Of a DNA stretch of 64,000 bases, positions 1 through 10,650 are shown piece after piece. The stretch is from an uncultured Acidobacteriota bacterium (lineage in GTDB: Bacteria > Acidobacteriota > Thermoanaerobaculia > Multivoradales > JAHEKO01): contig CAVQNG010000003.1 in NCBI GenBank assembly GCA_963713825.1, positions 448,001 to 512,000 of the forward strand, given 5' to 3'. Both the position numbers and the translations under genes were made by a program. The notes beneath the pieces are model-generated. The model did no database searches and was not told the origin of the DNA. It was given only the letters and a program-made list of their open reading frames with translations. Position 1 is the first letter of the stretch. Each line of letters starts with the position of its first letter.

Positions 1-314
1 AACCCCTCCATGAAGAACGGTGCAATTTCGGGTCTCGTCCATTCGCCGTTCTTCCTCTCCAGGACAAAGACCCTGGTGTCTTCCCTCCAGTGCCTCCTGA
101 ACACAGCATGGTCGCCATCATGAGAGAAAGTCAGGCATCCTTCAGGGGCATCTGTGGAGATGATCACCGGAGCAAACAGCTCTGGAGTCATCCCCGGCGG
201 TTTCTGGCCGAGATAGTCCCCTTTGAGCACTGGGACATCTTCATCGGTCGAGACCGCTGTCAAGGCAGGGAATGACAGAAACATGAGACTCAAACAAATG
301 GCCCCTTGCTTCAT
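1..314 (-). CDS. Secreted WD40-like/PD40 beta-propeller protein (partial, runs off the window)
   Basis: Read manually: RBS GGAGG, then MKQGAICLSLMFLSFPALTAV...GDYLGQKPPGMTPELFAP, an N-terminus typical of PD40/TolB-like propeller proteins. Not in the ORF track because it is truncated. Confidence 0.65.
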   Translation of the reverse strand, partial: MKQGAICLSLMFLSFPALTAVSTDEDVPVLKGDYLGQKPPGMTPELFAPVIISTDAPEGCLTFSHDGDHAVFRRHWREDTRVFVLERKNGEWTRPEIAPFFMEG

Positions 315-526
315 GATGATTCACCTCCTGATTTCGAATTGATGGCTGGCTAGGCTTCTGTCACACGTCGAGACATCTCCCTCTCTACCAAACGCACATC
401 TGACGGCTGAGGTTTCGCAGACATGGCCACGAGCAGTTGGATCGTCGCCGGTTTTGAAGACCAGTAAGGGTATTCGGATCGCTATGGGGCTAGAATCACG
501 CCAAGACCAGGAGCTCAATAGCCGCC

Positions 527-2398
527 ATGAGCAAATCCGACCGCCAATTGGGGATGCACCGCGACATCACTCGCCGGGACTTCATCCACGGCGCAGGGAT
601 CGCGGCACTGAGTCTCAGCCTTCCTTCCGCAGTGGCTGGAGGGCAACCGTCAACCGCACCCGCCGACACGGCTGGACGCTACTACCCACCCACGCTCACC
701 GGCCTGCGCGGCTCACACCCCGGCTCGTTCGAGGTGGCGCATGGCCTGGCTCTCGAACACAAGGACTTCGACACCGGCGAGGACCTCGGAGAGAAATACG
801 ATCTCGTGGTCGTCGGCGGGGGTCTCAGCGGCCTCGCCGCCGCCTACTTCTACCGCCAGCGGTTCGGCGGGGACTCCCGCATCCTCATCCTGGAGAACCA
901 CGACGAGTTCGGCGGTCACGCCACGCGCAACGAGTTCCACCAGGGCGGGCCGATGCGCCTGGTTTGGGGCGGTGACTTCAATCTCGAATACTCGGCGTTC
1001 AGCGAGCAGGGCAATGCCCTCCTGACCGAGTTGGGGGTCGATATAGACCGACTCCTGGAGCACAACGACTTCAACTACGGCACCGACGGAAAGCTCGGCC
1101 CGGCCATCTACTTCGATGCCGAGACCTATGGGAGCGACGTACTGATTCCGGGGTTCATTCCACGTTGGGGAGACTTCGCGAGCATCCTCGGCAAGCTCGA
1201 CGCCGTGCCGCTCAGCAAGGAGTCACGCGACTCCCTGAAGCGGTTCTACTCCGCCAGAACCGACGTGCTCGAGGGCCGTAGTCCGGAAGAGCGTCGGCAG
1301 TTTCTCCGACAGATCAGCTATATCGACTTCATCCGCCAGTACGGCGGCCTCACCGAGGAAGCGGCCGAGATCTTCTTCAACGCCACTCACGGCTATTGGG
1401 GCGTCGGTGCGGACAGCTTGTCGGTCGCCGAGTGCGAGGGCGCCGGACTCCCGATGGCACATCTGCTCGGCGGCGAGCCCGACTCGTCGGGCAGCGTGGG
1501 CGGCGAAGTAGTCCACTTTCCCGACGGCACTGCCTCCCTTGCCAGATTGCTGGTCCGTGCACTGATTCCAGCGGTTGCCGATGGCCAGGGCATGGACGAC
1601 ATCGTGACCGCGGCTTTCGACTATTCACAGCTCGATCGCTCCGAATCGCCGATCCGTTTGCGGCTCAATGCGACAGTAACCACTGTCCACGAGAATGACG
1701 GCGCCGTCCGCGTGAGCTTCGTCCGCGATGGAAAGACGGCGAACGTGATAGGGCGCAGCTGTGTTCTGGCCTGCTACCACTCGATGATCCCCTACCTGTG
1801 CCCTCAGCTTCCGGCAGCCCAGCGTGAGGCGCTCGCCTATCAGGTCAGGCGGCCGCTCCTGCTGACCAATGTCCTGATCCGTGACACCAAGGCCGCCGAC
1901 AAACTCGGCATCTCGGGCGCCTACTGCCCGGGGCGCCTGCATGGCGCGACCTGGCTCGTCAAGGGCATCGAAGTCGGCGAGTACCGACACGACTGGGAAG
2001 ATCCCGGGCCGGCGGTGATGCAGTTCTGGGGCTCGGTCGCACCGGTGAAGAGAGGGGTAGACATCCGCCGTCAACATCGATCATCGCGGATGCGCATGCT
2101 GACCATGGATTTCGAGGACTTCGAGAGAGAAGTCCGAACCGTGCTGGACGGCATGTTGGGCCCGGCGGGCTTCAGCGCGGCCGACGACATCCTCGCTATC
2201 ACCGTCAATCGCTGGCCGCATGGCTACTCCTACGACTACCTCGACCTGTGGGACCCAGAGTGGCCCCCGGGGGAGGCGCCGCACGAGATCGCAAGGAAAC
2301 CGTTCGGGAGCATCACCTTCGCCAACTCCGACGCCGGCGCCTACGCCATGACGGAGGTCGCCATCGACCAGGCTTGGCGGGCGGTCAACGACCTGTAG
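527..2398 (+). CDS. Tat-exported FAD-dependent oxidoreductase, spermidine dehydrogenase-like
   Basis: ITRRDF twin-arginine signal; YYPP-LTGLRGSHPGSFE-AH; GGGLSG FAD motif; ILENHDEFGGHA; NRWPHGY; FANSDA. Confidence 0.8.
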   Translation: MSKSDRQLGMHRDITRRDFIHGAGIAALSLSLPSAVAGGQPSTAPADTAGRYYPPTLTGLRGSHPGSFEVAHGLALEHKDFDTGEDLGEKYDLVVVGGGLSGLAAAYFYRQRFGGDSRILILENHDEFGGHATRNEFHQGGPMRLVWGGDFNLEYSAFSEQGNALLTELGVDIDRLLEHNDFNYGTDGKLGPAIYFDAETYGSDVLIPGFIPRWGDFASILGKLDAVPLSKESRDSLKRFYSARTDVLEGRSPEERRQFLRQISYIDFIRQYGGLTEEAAEIFFNATHGYWGVGADSLSVAECEGAGLPMAHLLGGEPDSSGSVGGEVVHFPDGTASLARLLVRALIPAVADGQGMDDIVTAAFDYSQLDRSESPIRLRLNATVTTVHENDGAVRVSFVRDGKTANVIGRSCVLACYHSMIPYLCPQLPAAQREALAYQVRRPLLLTNVLIRDTKAADKLGISGAYCPGRLHGATWLVKGIEVGEYRHDWEDPGPAVMQFWGSVAPVKRGVDIRRQHRSSRMRMLTMDFEDFEREVRTVLDGMLGPAGFSAADDILAITVNRWPHGYSYDYLDLWDPEWPPGEAPHEIARKPFGSITFANSDAGAYAMTEVAIDQAWRAVNDL

Positions 2399-2434
2399 AA
2401 CTGACGCCTCCAGGACCAAGAGAGGACCACCGAA

Positions 2435-3385
2435 ATGATCACACGACGCGACTACCTGAAGTATTCAGTGTTGACCGCTGCGGCCGCCACTCTTCCTCCA
2501 CAGCTCACTCGTGCGGCGCATCCTGAGGATCGGATCTTCAGGACCATTCCAAAGACAGGCGAGCGATTGCCAATTGTCGGTCTGGGTAGTTCTGCGACGT
2601 TTCGCTCGATTGCGGCAAGCGACGACGTCAGTGCTCTGTACGAGGTGTTGAGAACATTCTTTGACAACGGCGGTACCGTCTTCGATACGGCCCCCGCTTA
2701 TGGTGCTTCAGAAGAAGTTGCCGGCAGGATGATTCAGGAGTTGGGCGCGACCGAGAAAGTGTTCTGGGCGACGAAAGTGAACGTCGCGCCTCGTGGCGGC
2801 GGGGCCGCCGATCCGGAGGCCGCAAGAGCTCAGATCGAGCGCTCGTTCAAGCACAGTGGCAAGGATCCGATGGACCTTGTTCAGGTACACCAGCTGCGCG
2901 ATGTGCCAACCCAGCTAGGCATTCTCAAGGATCTCAAGGAGGCGGGTCGTCTGCGCTATATCGGTGTCACCTATACCGGCGCCGAGCGTTATCCAGACCT
3001 GGCGAAAGTCATGCGCGAAGAACCGATCGATTTCATAGGCGTTGATTACGCTGTAGACAATCGGCAAGCCGCTGAAGTGATTCTGCCGCTGGCGATCGAC
3101 CGCGGTATTGGTGTGCTCGTCTATCTTCCATTCGGACGAACTCGATTGTGGGCCAGAGTGGCCGGCCAGGAACTGCCGTCGTGGGCTGCCGATTTCGGCG
3201 CCGAGTCCTGGGCACAGCTGTTTATCAAATTTGCCGGAGCGCATCCGGCCGTCACTACAGTGACACCAGCAACGAGCAAAGCGACTCATATGCTCGACAA
3301 TCTTGGCGCGGGTGTGGGCGAGCTGCCGGACGAAGCCATGCAGAAACGGATGGCAGACTTCGTTGACGCGCTGCCCTCGGCGTGA
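2435..3385 (+). CDS. Tat-exported aldo/keto reductase
   Basis: ITRRDYL signal; GLGS...DTAPAYG, ATK and DLVQVH AKR motifs. Confidence 0.85.
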   Translation: MITRRDYLKYSVLTAAAATLPPQLTRAAHPEDRIFRTIPKTGERLPIVGLGSSATFRSIAASDDVSALYEVLRTFFDNGGTVFDTAPAYGASEEVAGRMIQELGATEKVFWATKVNVAPRGGGAADPEAARAQIERSFKHSGKDPMDLVQVHQLRDVPTQLGILKDLKEAGRLRYIGVTYTGAERYPDLAKVMREEPIDFIGVDYAVDNRQAAEVILPLAIDRGIGVLVYLPFGRTRLWARVAGQELPSWAADFGAESWAQLFIKFAGAHPAVTTVTPATSKATHMLDNLGAGVGELPDEAMQKRMADFVDALPSA

Positions 3386-3535
3386 CAGAGCCTGCTGAAC
3401 AAGGACGACACTGTCATTCCCGGCTACCTTCTCTCACATCTGGAAAGTCCGGGGACTCACCCCGAAGAGAGAAGCTAGTGCTTGCTGCTCCACCAGCAGC
3501 TTGACGCGCTGTGGTCCTTGGGGAAACATGACTCG

Positions 3536-4609
3536 ATGCGTCTCGAAGATCTTGGTTGGGATCCGGTCTGGGAGTATCACGCTGCGGAAGCAGGCGGCCC
3601 GAAGCGTGTACCGGGTCGGGTGGCGACGGTGGATCGGGGGCGTGTTGTGGTGCTGACCGACGAGGGCGCCATTCCGGCTTCTTGGCACTTCCCCGTTTCG
3701 GTGCTCGGGGAGTCGGCAGGAGTCATGCCGGCGGTGGGCGATTGGGCCATGATCACGAATGCCGGCGAGGTGCGCACCCTCGAGACCCTGCTACCTCGAC
3801 GAAGTCTGCTGGCCAGGGGAATTCAAGGCGGTGCTCGCGTGGCTCAACCTCTGGCAGCCAACGTGGACCTGGTCATGGTGGTCACGGGTCTGGATGGCGA
3901 TTTCAGCTTGCGGCGCATCGAGCGTTATCTGGCGCTTGCCCGCAGCGGTGGCGTTCGAGCCCTCGTGGTGCTCAGCAAACTGGACCTGATCGACGATCCC
4001 GATGAAGCGATTCGGCAGGCCCGGAAGGCTACTCCTGGGTTGGATGTAGTCACGGTCAGCTCCGTAACCGGGGACGGATTGATAGAGCTCGAGAACGAGG
4101 TCAAGCCAGGGCAGACCGTGGTTCTTGTGGGTTCGTCGGGAGTGGGCAAGTCGACCTTGATCAATCGTCTGCTAGGCGAAGAGCGTCAGCGCACCGGGGC
4201 GGTTCGGGAGTCCGACGACCGGGGACGTCATGTGACCACGCGTCGCGAACTCCTCCAACTTCCCGACGGTGGACTGGTCATCGATACTCCTGGTCTGCGT
4301 GAGGTAGGGCTGCTGGCGAGTGAGGAGGCCGTACTGGAGGTCTTCCCAGAGATTGCTGCTCTTTCTGAGCAGTGCCGCTTCATGGATTGCAGTCACGTCG
4401 AAGAGCCTGATTGCGCCGTTCGGGATGCCGTCGACAAGGGCGAACTCGACGCCGATCGACTGGCTGGTTTCCACCGTCTTGTCCGGGAGCAGGCCAGCGC
4501 TACCCGCCGTGCCACCGAACACGAGCGGCGAGCTCACGAGCGAGCCCTGACAAGCCACTATCGTAAGACCCTCCGCGCCTCACTTCGATTCAAGGGTCGA
4601 GAGAACTAG
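3536..4609 (+). CDS. rsgA: Ribosome small subunit-dependent GTPase A
   Basis: PAVGDW, AANVD, LSKLD, GSSGVGKSTL, GRHVTT, DTPG and the CRFxDCxHxxEPxC zinc finger; start placed at ATG 3536. Confidence 0.9.
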   Translation: MRLEDLGWDPVWEYHAAEAGGPKRVPGRVATVDRGRVVVLTDEGAIPASWHFPVSVLGESAGVMPAVGDWAMITNAGEVRTLETLLPRRSLLARGIQGGARVAQPLAANVDLVMVVTGLDGDFSLRRIERYLALARSGGVRALVVLSKLDLIDDPDEAIRQARKATPGLDVVTVSSVTGDGLIELENEVKPGQTVVLVGSSGVGKSTLINRLLGEERQRTGAVRESDDRGRHVTTRRELLQLPDGGLVIDTPGLREVGLLASEEAVLEVFPEIAALSEQCRFMDCSHVEEPDCAVRDAVDKGELDADRLAGFHRLVREQASATRRATEHERRAHERALTSHYRKTLRASLRFKGREN

Positions 4610-4664
4610 CGGCGTCTTGTAGAGCGCAGAGTGCCAATCGTACCGCAGCTCGAGCAGCCATTTC

Positions 4665-4712
4665 GACCTCCGGTTTCCTACAACTGACAACACTCAACAA
4701 CACCTGACCACT
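4665..4712. repeat. Junction J1: partial arm A (ACAAC array)
   Basis: gacctccggtttcctacaactgacaacactcaacaacacctgaccac matches arm A at 40745-40795 and 46790-46840. Confidence 0.75.
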
Positions 4713-4980
4713 GAGGCTGCCCCCAACGCTGGACCGAGGGCTGTGAGAGATTCCCGGTCTAGATGGCCTCATTGTCAAGCATGGCGTCGGTGACGGTGAT
4801 CGCCTGGATAACTCGCCAGAACGCACCAGACGTGGATCATCTCAATCGGTGAGATGCGGTCTGGTGGACCAAGAGCGGACAACGGGCATTGGGTCGTCTC
4901 TTGTTGTCGGGGCATTCTTGTCCGCCTGGTTGGGGCTCCTCGCTGTACCACCGCTGTACTGCGAGACAGTGCCGGCGAAG

Positions 4981-5706
4981 CTATTTGAACACCTCGAGCG
5001 CGAACATCAAGATGCCGAGACCATTGAGCCCGATGTGCAGAACAAGTCCGGGAACCATGCTCCGAGTGCGAGTCGACAGCCACCCATAGACCAGAGCGCC
5101 TGGCACAATGGCGAGGACGTCCCATGGCTTGAACCAATGAAAGCTGGCCCACTGCAACCCGTGGATCCACCATGCCTTCTTGTCGTGTTGAAGCTCCTGT
5201 CGAGGGAGGACGTATCCTCGCCAAAGGATTTCTTCGCTGACTACATTGAATAGGATCAATCCGGTGAACAGGGCCAGACCCGTGAAGTCACCCGAGTGAT
5301 TCACCGTCGCATCCATGCGATAGGGATTCTTCATCCACTCTGGTACGAGGTTGGCAATCGGATTCCGGGTGATCTGCAGGGCGATATACGTTCCGTCGAC
5401 GATCAGAATCCCCAGCAAGACCAGCAGCCAGTCCCGCCTCGAGATGTTCTTGATGCGAAACCTGTCCTTGATGCCGCTCCAGGCAAGACGCCTGCCCTCC
5501 AAGGCGTAGAAGGTCAGTGCCAGCCCTGCTAGCAGCATGAAGAGCATCACGTTGGTCAAGGACAGGGCATCGGAATTCGAGAGACCAAAGGTCGCAGCAA
5601 CTCTGGGTGTCCCCAACGTCAGCAACACGAAGGCAGCTCCACCCAGGCCCAGGAAGAGCGACCAGGATTGCCACAGAGGTAACGGCTTCAACTCCGGATC
5701 CAGCAA
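4981..5706 (-). CDS. CPBP (CAAX/Abi) intramembrane metalloprotease
   Basis: EEILWRG, FHW and LH motifs in a multi-TM protein. Confidence 0.85.
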   Translation of the reverse strand: MLDPELKPLPLWQSWSLFLGLGGAAFVLLTLGTPRVAATFGLSNSDALSLTNVMLFMLLAGLALTFYALEGRRLAWSGIKDRFRIKNISRRDWLLVLLGILIVDGTYIALQITRNPIANLVPEWMKNPYRMDATVNHSGDFTGLALFTGLILFNVVSEEILWRGYVLPRQELQHDKKAWWIHGLQWASFHWFKPWDVLAIVPGALVYGWLSTRTRSMVPGLVLHIGLNGLGILMFALEVFK

Positions 5707-5907
5707 GACTCCCTCCTTTCAGTTTCCAGTAGCCCTACGGGATTACGCCGTCGAAGGATTCAACCGTTCGCACATTGAAGCCGTGCTGGCAGGACCTAGC
5801 CAAGCCCTCGCCCCGCAGGGCCCGAATCCCACCCTCCCTCCGCTTCTCTTCGAGCACCTAGCGTGCCCCAAGAAGGCCCTTCTGATTTCAATCTGCTCGG
5901 ACTTTGA

Positions 5908-6025
5908 TGGCGGAGGGGGTGGGATTCGAACCCACGGACCGCGTGAACGGTCGCCGGTTCTCAAGACCGTTGCACGCATTCCAAACCAGACAAAAGCAGA
6001 CTAATCAGAACCAAGAGAGACCAAC
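5908..6025 (-). repeat. Junction J2: uninterrupted 3' fragment of tRNA-Ser (5908-5969) plus arm A2
   Basis: tggcggagggggtgggattcgaacccacggaccgcgtgaacggtcgccggttctcaagaccg, lacking the 5' acceptor strand and D arm; followed by an AGAC array like 43574-43630. Confidence 0.85.
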
Positions 6026-6029
6026 TGCC

Positions 6030-6290
6030 GCCGGGGGTCGGGTGACCGTCGGCGACGCCGACAGCGGCCGGCAGGCTACCGCCGGCCGTGTGGGCGCTGC
6101 CAACCCCGGCACCGGGCAGTCGGGCTCCGCCGGCTGGGTGCGTGGCGAGGACGGTGCCGCCGTGCGCAAGGGTGACGACTTCTATGCCGGCAAGGATGGC
6201 AACGTCTACCAGCGCAACGATCAAGGGGACTGGAACCAGGTCGAACGCTCGGGCCAAAGGCAGGGCGTCCAGGGGAGGATTCCGCGGCGG
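6030..6290 (+). pseudogene. Fragment of a Gly-rich secreted protein (C-terminal-type region)
   Basis: Codon-like stretch ...DDFYAGKDGNVYQRNDQGDW with no start of its own, trapped between J2 and J3. Confidence 0.45.
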
Positions 6291-6337
6291 CGGCCGCAGG
6301 CGCTGAGGGCCTCGCAACGACATCCGAAGCCGCTCTC

Positions 6338-6523
6338 GAGTGGACCACGGACCTTGAGTCCAAGCTGCTCAATAGGGAGAAAGTGGCGAAGGGGCAGGCG
6401 CGGCGATGCAGTGAAGCCGACTCCTGATGTAGAGGAGCCCCTTGTGGGCTCCCTCGAGAGGGGGCAGGCCCCTGCCCTACAACTTGAATGTCACAACACC
6501 TGACAACGAAGCGACGGGCTTCT
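6338..6523. repeat. Junction J3: arm B end, tRNA CCA stub, partial 50-bp unit, REP, arm A
   Basis: tggaccacgg..ttgagt..ctcaatagggagaaagtggcg as at 53474-53521; REP at 6428-6481; acaacacctgacaacgaagcgacggg. Confidence 0.85.
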
Positions 6524-6738
6524 TGACCGTCAATTGCCCATACAACTGTCTGGCCTACCGGCCATCTGTCTGTAAAATCAGACATAATAAAGATGCAATA
6601 TACCCTCAGCCCACCGGTTCGAAATCTCCAAAGTACTGAAAACGGAGAACTTATCTACTTGACCACGAATCGGTACGGGACTTGCCCTCTCCTTGGGGGA
6701 CGACGGAACACTTCCATCGAACCCAAAGGAGAGAAACG

Positions 6739-7371
6739 ATGCGGAAGAAGATCGCCTGCCTCGCTACGATCGCGCTCACGAGCACCTCACTCTCGGCTCA
6801 GGACACCGGGTGGCTTGCACGTGCCGTCGGAGGCTGGGATAGCCTCCTCAGCCCAGTTGGTGTCTCGGAGAGCGCGGGCGACTTCAACTACCACTTCACC
6901 AACGACCTCCACGTGGGTCTCGAAGGTGAGTACCGCTTCAATCGGCGCCTCGGACTGGAGCTCGCCATTCACCAGAGTCGGCCCGACATAGTGGTCGGTG
7001 CAGAGATTGGCGACGATTTCGTCAGCCTGAGAGATAGCATCACGTACCGGCCCCTGACGGTGGGACTCGACGTGCATCTGACCCCGGATCGTCGCGCCGA
7101 TTTCACTCTTACTCCTCTCATCGGCCACGCCTTCTTCAGCGATCTCGACTTCGAGACGTCAAGTGTGACGCCCCGATTCAACAGCGGCAGCGATCTGATG
7201 TGGGGCGGCGCAGCCGCCGTGGATGTCGGCATCGGCGATGGGCCCTGGACCGTTTCGTTTGCTCTTCGGTACCTCGATGCCACACTCGAGGCAGTTGACG
7301 ACGGAGGCGTCGTGACGAGTCTCGATCTCTCTCCCTGGACAACCACCGTGGGGGTGGGTTATCGCTTCTGA
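6739..7371 (+). CDS. OmpW-like outer membrane beta-barrel
   Basis: RBS AAGGAG, signal peptide, alternating beta strands, terminal GVGYRF. Confidence 0.7.
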   Translation: MRKKIACLATIALTSTSLSAQDTGWLARAVGGWDSLLSPVGVSESAGDFNYHFTNDLHVGLEGEYRFNRRLGLELAIHQSRPDIVVGAEIGDDFVSLRDSITYRPLTVGLDVHLTPDRRADFTLTPLIGHAFFSDLDFETSSVTPRFNSGSDLMWGGAAAVDVGIGDGPWTVSFALRYLDATLEAVDDGGVVTSLDLSPWTTTVGVGYRF

Positions 7372-7402
7372 GACCCGGCGCTGGCCGGCCCTGGCCCTCC
7401 AG

Positions 7403-8797
7403 TTGAGTTGGGCGATCGTTCTTCTACTCGGCCTGCTGGCTGCCGCGCCGGCCGGCGCAGTCGAGCCAACCCCTGAGATTGCCAGTGGTCGTTTGCCCAG
7501 CTTCTTCATAGAGACGATCATCATCGAGGACTCCACCAGGTTCTCACCTGATCTCATCCTTGCGGAGTCACGGCTCGTGGAGGGCCAGGAGTACAGCGAA
7601 CGGGAACTACGCGACGCCTTGTTCCGCATTGTTCGGCTGCCGCTCATTCTCGACGCAGAGTTCTCTCTGAGGCGAGGGACCCAGAGGGGGCGTTTTCAGC
7701 TCGTCATACAGGTCGATGAGGCTCGCCGTTGGTTCTTTGGGATGGAGGGATCAGCGATTCGATGGAGTCGTCCTGTCACGCTCTCCGGGATCTCGGCCGA
7801 GAACGTCGTCGAGAGCTTCTCCATTCTTGCCGGCCGTCGCTTCACCATCGGCCGCTACGGTGTCTTCTTCGCTGCGGTGGGAGGACAGGACGGATCTCTC
7901 AACCTGGGTTACAGCCACAATAATCTCTTCGGCCGGCGCATCCTGCTTCAGATCTCGGGAGCTTACAGCCGCTGTGGGCAAGCCCAAGTCTCTCCCCCCC
8001 TCGGCGATGAGGGAGATCAGGCATGTCGGGCCGAGATTCTAGACCTCGGCCTCGACCCGACCTTCAGTGCATGGGAGGCGGGCGAGGGAACCGCCCGAGC
8101 TCGGCTCAGCCTCGGTGTCCCCCTGAAAGGCAACCAGTCCATCCGTTTTGCCGGATCCTTCCTCGACACGGAGGGAGGCTTCCGCCGAGCCGTCTATCAG
8201 GATGATCCTGCACAGCTCGATTTCCTCCGCGATCGCACCGACTGGGAGCTGGCAGCCTCGTGGATACTCGACTCCCGCGACGACCCACTGTTCACCAGTG
8301 AGGGCCAGCGCTGGGAAGCAGGCCTCCAAGTCCGCTCGCTCGAGGCCGAAGTCGAGAGATGGGACTTCGAGAACTTGACGAGCTTCAAGACGGATCATGC
8401 GTCCCTGGAGGTCGGAGCACGGCTCGCCGGTTCGAAGTATTGGCCGCTGGGGCGCAAGGACGCGATCTGGGGTCGCCTCGACGCATTTCTCGGCCGCACC
8501 GATTTCTCCGGAGCTCTTACCGAGGATGACCGCATTCTCGAGGGCCAAGCGGATGTTTGGAGAGGTGGAGCCGCTTTTGGCTACGGCCGTTTTCTCCATC
8601 GGGTACGGACTGATGAGAAATGGCAGGAACTTCGCTGGGAGTCCGAGATCGAGGCCCTCTACTCCACCACCTCGCCCTCGTTCGACCTTCCCGAGAATCC
8701 GCTGGCCGGCTTTCGCGTCTCCAGCGGCCTGACCTGGCGCAGCAGCTGGGGGGTCTTCGGGCTCGAGCTCATCTACCAGGACCTGGGAGGAGACTGA
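7403..8797 (+). CDS. POTRA/BamA-like outer membrane protein
   Basis: Signal peptide, POTRA-like N-domain (ESRLVEGQEYSE), DSRDDPLF barrel motif. Confidence 0.6.
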   Translation: MSWAIVLLLGLLAAAPAGAVEPTPEIASGRLPSFFIETIIIEDSTRFSPDLILAESRLVEGQEYSERELRDALFRIVRLPLILDAEFSLRRGTQRGRFQLVIQVDEARRWFFGMEGSAIRWSRPVTLSGISAENVVESFSILAGRRFTIGRYGVFFAAVGGQDGSLNLGYSHNNLFGRRILLQISGAYSRCGQAQVSPPLGDEGDQACRAEILDLGLDPTFSAWEAGEGTARARLSLGVPLKGNQSIRFAGSFLDTEGGFRRAVYQDDPAQLDFLRDRTDWELAASWILDSRDDPLFTSEGQRWEAGLQVRSLEAEVERWDFENLTSFKTDHASLEVGARLAGSKYWPLGRKDAIWGRLDAFLGRTDFSGALTEDDRILEGQADVWRGGAAFGYGRFLHRVRTDEKWQELRWESEIEALYSTTSPSFDLPENPLAGFRVSSGLTWRSSWGVFGLELIYQDLGGD

Positions 8798-9445
8798 TTG
8801 CGCCGGCTCGCCGTCGTTCTCACTCTTCTCCTCGCGGCCGCCACGAGCCGGGCTGACCTTGGAGAACCGACTCTGGTGCTCGGACACGGAGATCGCCTCT
8901 TGGTCACGGATCTCCCCGCGATCCTCGGTGACGAGAAGGTAGCCGAACACCTCACCTCGGGCCTCACAACAACCCTCGTCCTCACGGTGAAGACGTCTCT
9001 GTCGGGTGCAGCCAAGCTCGAAGGAGGGGCCCATATCACCATTCGATTCGAGCTCTGGGACGAGGTCTTCAACGTAACCGCTTTCGGGGGCATGGGCCCA
9101 CCACAGAGCACCGTGGTGGAGTCGAAAGAGCAGCTCACAGCCTGGTGGCGGTCTCTCCGTCTTCCGGTCATGGCAGTCCCCGACAGCGAGGGCATCCGAG
9201 GGCGAGCCGAGATCACACTGGATGTGTTGCCGTTCTCCCGCTCGGAGGAGCTGGATACGGAGCGCTGGTTCTCCGAGTCGGTACTGCGGGCCGAAGAGGG
9301 TCGAAGGTCCGGCATCTCTCATCCGACCGAAGGGAAGGAGTCTCTTGCCGAGGTCTTGGACATCCTTATTGCCACCTCCATTCGCCGTCGATCCTTAACC
9401 TCCTATTCCTGGACAATCCCGTGGCCGGAGGGGAGCACACCATGA
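8798..9445 (+). CDS. Secreted hypothetical protein in the two-component operon
   Basis: Signal peptide; abuts both neighbouring genes. Confidence 0.6.
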   Translation: MRRLAVVLTLLLAAATSRADLGEPTLVLGHGDRLLVTDLPAILGDEKVAEHLTSGLTTTLVLTVKTSLSGAAKLEGGAHITIRFELWDEVFNVTAFGGMGPPQSTVVESKEQLTAWWRSLRLPVMAVPDSEGIRGRAEITLDVLPFSRSEELDTERWFSESVLRAEEGRRSGISHPTEGKESLAEVLDILIATSIRRRSLTSYSWTIPWPEGSTP

Positions 9446-10650
9446 AGATCCGTGAGCCGATCCTGGTTCTCCTGCTGATGGTGGTGGGAGCCACCACGCT
9501 GTTCACCTTCTTTCACCGCCAGATGGCAGGAGCCTCGCTGGCCTTCGGGACACAGCCGGAAGTCCTACAAGCCCTTTCCGCGTCCCTGGAAGATCAACGG
9601 CAACTCGCCCGGTTGGACCCTGCCGGTGAGACGACCTATCGGCAGCACTTCGACGAGTTGGAGACAACGCTGCACCGGCTGCAGATTCTCGAGCAGAGCC
9701 GCGAGGAGCTCACGCGGCGTTATGAGCTCCTCCTGCTCGGACTCACCGGACTGAGCGTGATTCTGGTCGCCGGTGGCTACGTCCTTCTCCAGGCTCGACA
9801 ACAGGCCCGGCTCAGTCGGGTCGATACCGCAATCACGGCGCTAGCAGAAGGTCGCACCGACCTGAAGGTGGGAATTCAGGGTCGCGACACGGCTGGCCGA
9901 ATCGCCGCGATGATTGAACGCACATCGAAAGCGATGGCTCTCGACCGGCAGCGGCTCGCAGCGTTACGGAACCTCTCCGCCTGGCAGGAGGCCTCTCGCC
10001 GACAGGCGCACGAAATGAGGACTCCACTCACCGGTCTCCAGCTCGAGCTCGACCGTCTCGATGAATTGCTCATTCAGCTAGGCGCCAATCGAAACGTCCG
10101 CGACCGATTGGACAGCGCCCGGCAGGAGCTCGGACGCCTCGCAGATTTCACCACCGGCTTTGCAGGTTTCGCAAGGCTTCCCGAACCCAAGAAGCGGGAC
10201 CACGATCTAGTCGCCCTCGTCACCGAGTTCATCGACACCTATCGGGAGGCCTGGCCTGAAGTCGACCTGCGTTACCCATCTTCAGAGCTGATCAGCGCCC
10301 AGGTCGACCGGGATCTCATCCGTCAGGTCCTGGTCAACCTGTGCGACAACGCGGCCCAGGCGGGGGCGCAATCGATTACCGTCGAAACCACCAAGGACAC
10401 GAGCAACGTTGTGGTCGAGGTCGCCGACGACGGCGGCGGAGTCGACGCAACGGTCGCAACACGCCTATTCGAGCCCTACGCGACGACTCGCGATCTTGGA
10501 CAGGGCATGGGTCTGGGCCTTGCCATCAGCAAGAAGGTCCTCCTCGACCACGGGGGGGACATCGAGCTCGTTGCGACCTCGAGCGCTGGCACGATTTTCA
10601 GGCTGACCCTTCCAAGGACCTCCGACACTCAGAAGGAAGCCACCTCATGA
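9442..10650 (+). CDS. Sensor histidine kinase with HAMP domain
   Basis: Two TM segments, AHEMRTPL H-box, NLCDNA N-box, DDGGG, GMGLGL; ATGA overlap with the previous gene. Confidence 0.9.
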   Translation: MKIREPILVLLLMVVGATTLFTFFHRQMAGASLAFGTQPEVLQALSASLEDQRQLARLDPAGETTYRQHFDELETTLHRLQILEQSREELTRRYELLLLGLTGLSVILVAGGYVLLQARQQARLSRVDTAITALAEGRTDLKVGIQGRDTAGRIAAMIERTSKAMALDRQRLAALRNLSAWQEASRRQAHEMRTPLTGLQLELDRLDELLIQLGANRNVRDRLDSARQELGRLADFTTGFAGFARLPEPKKRDHDLVALVTEFIDTYREAWPEVDLRYPSSELISAQVDRDLIRQVLVNLCDNAAQAGAQSITVETTKDTSNVVVEVADDGGGVDATVATRLFEPYATTRDLGQGMGLGLAISKKVLLDHGGDIELVATSSAGTIFRLTLPRTSDTQKEATS

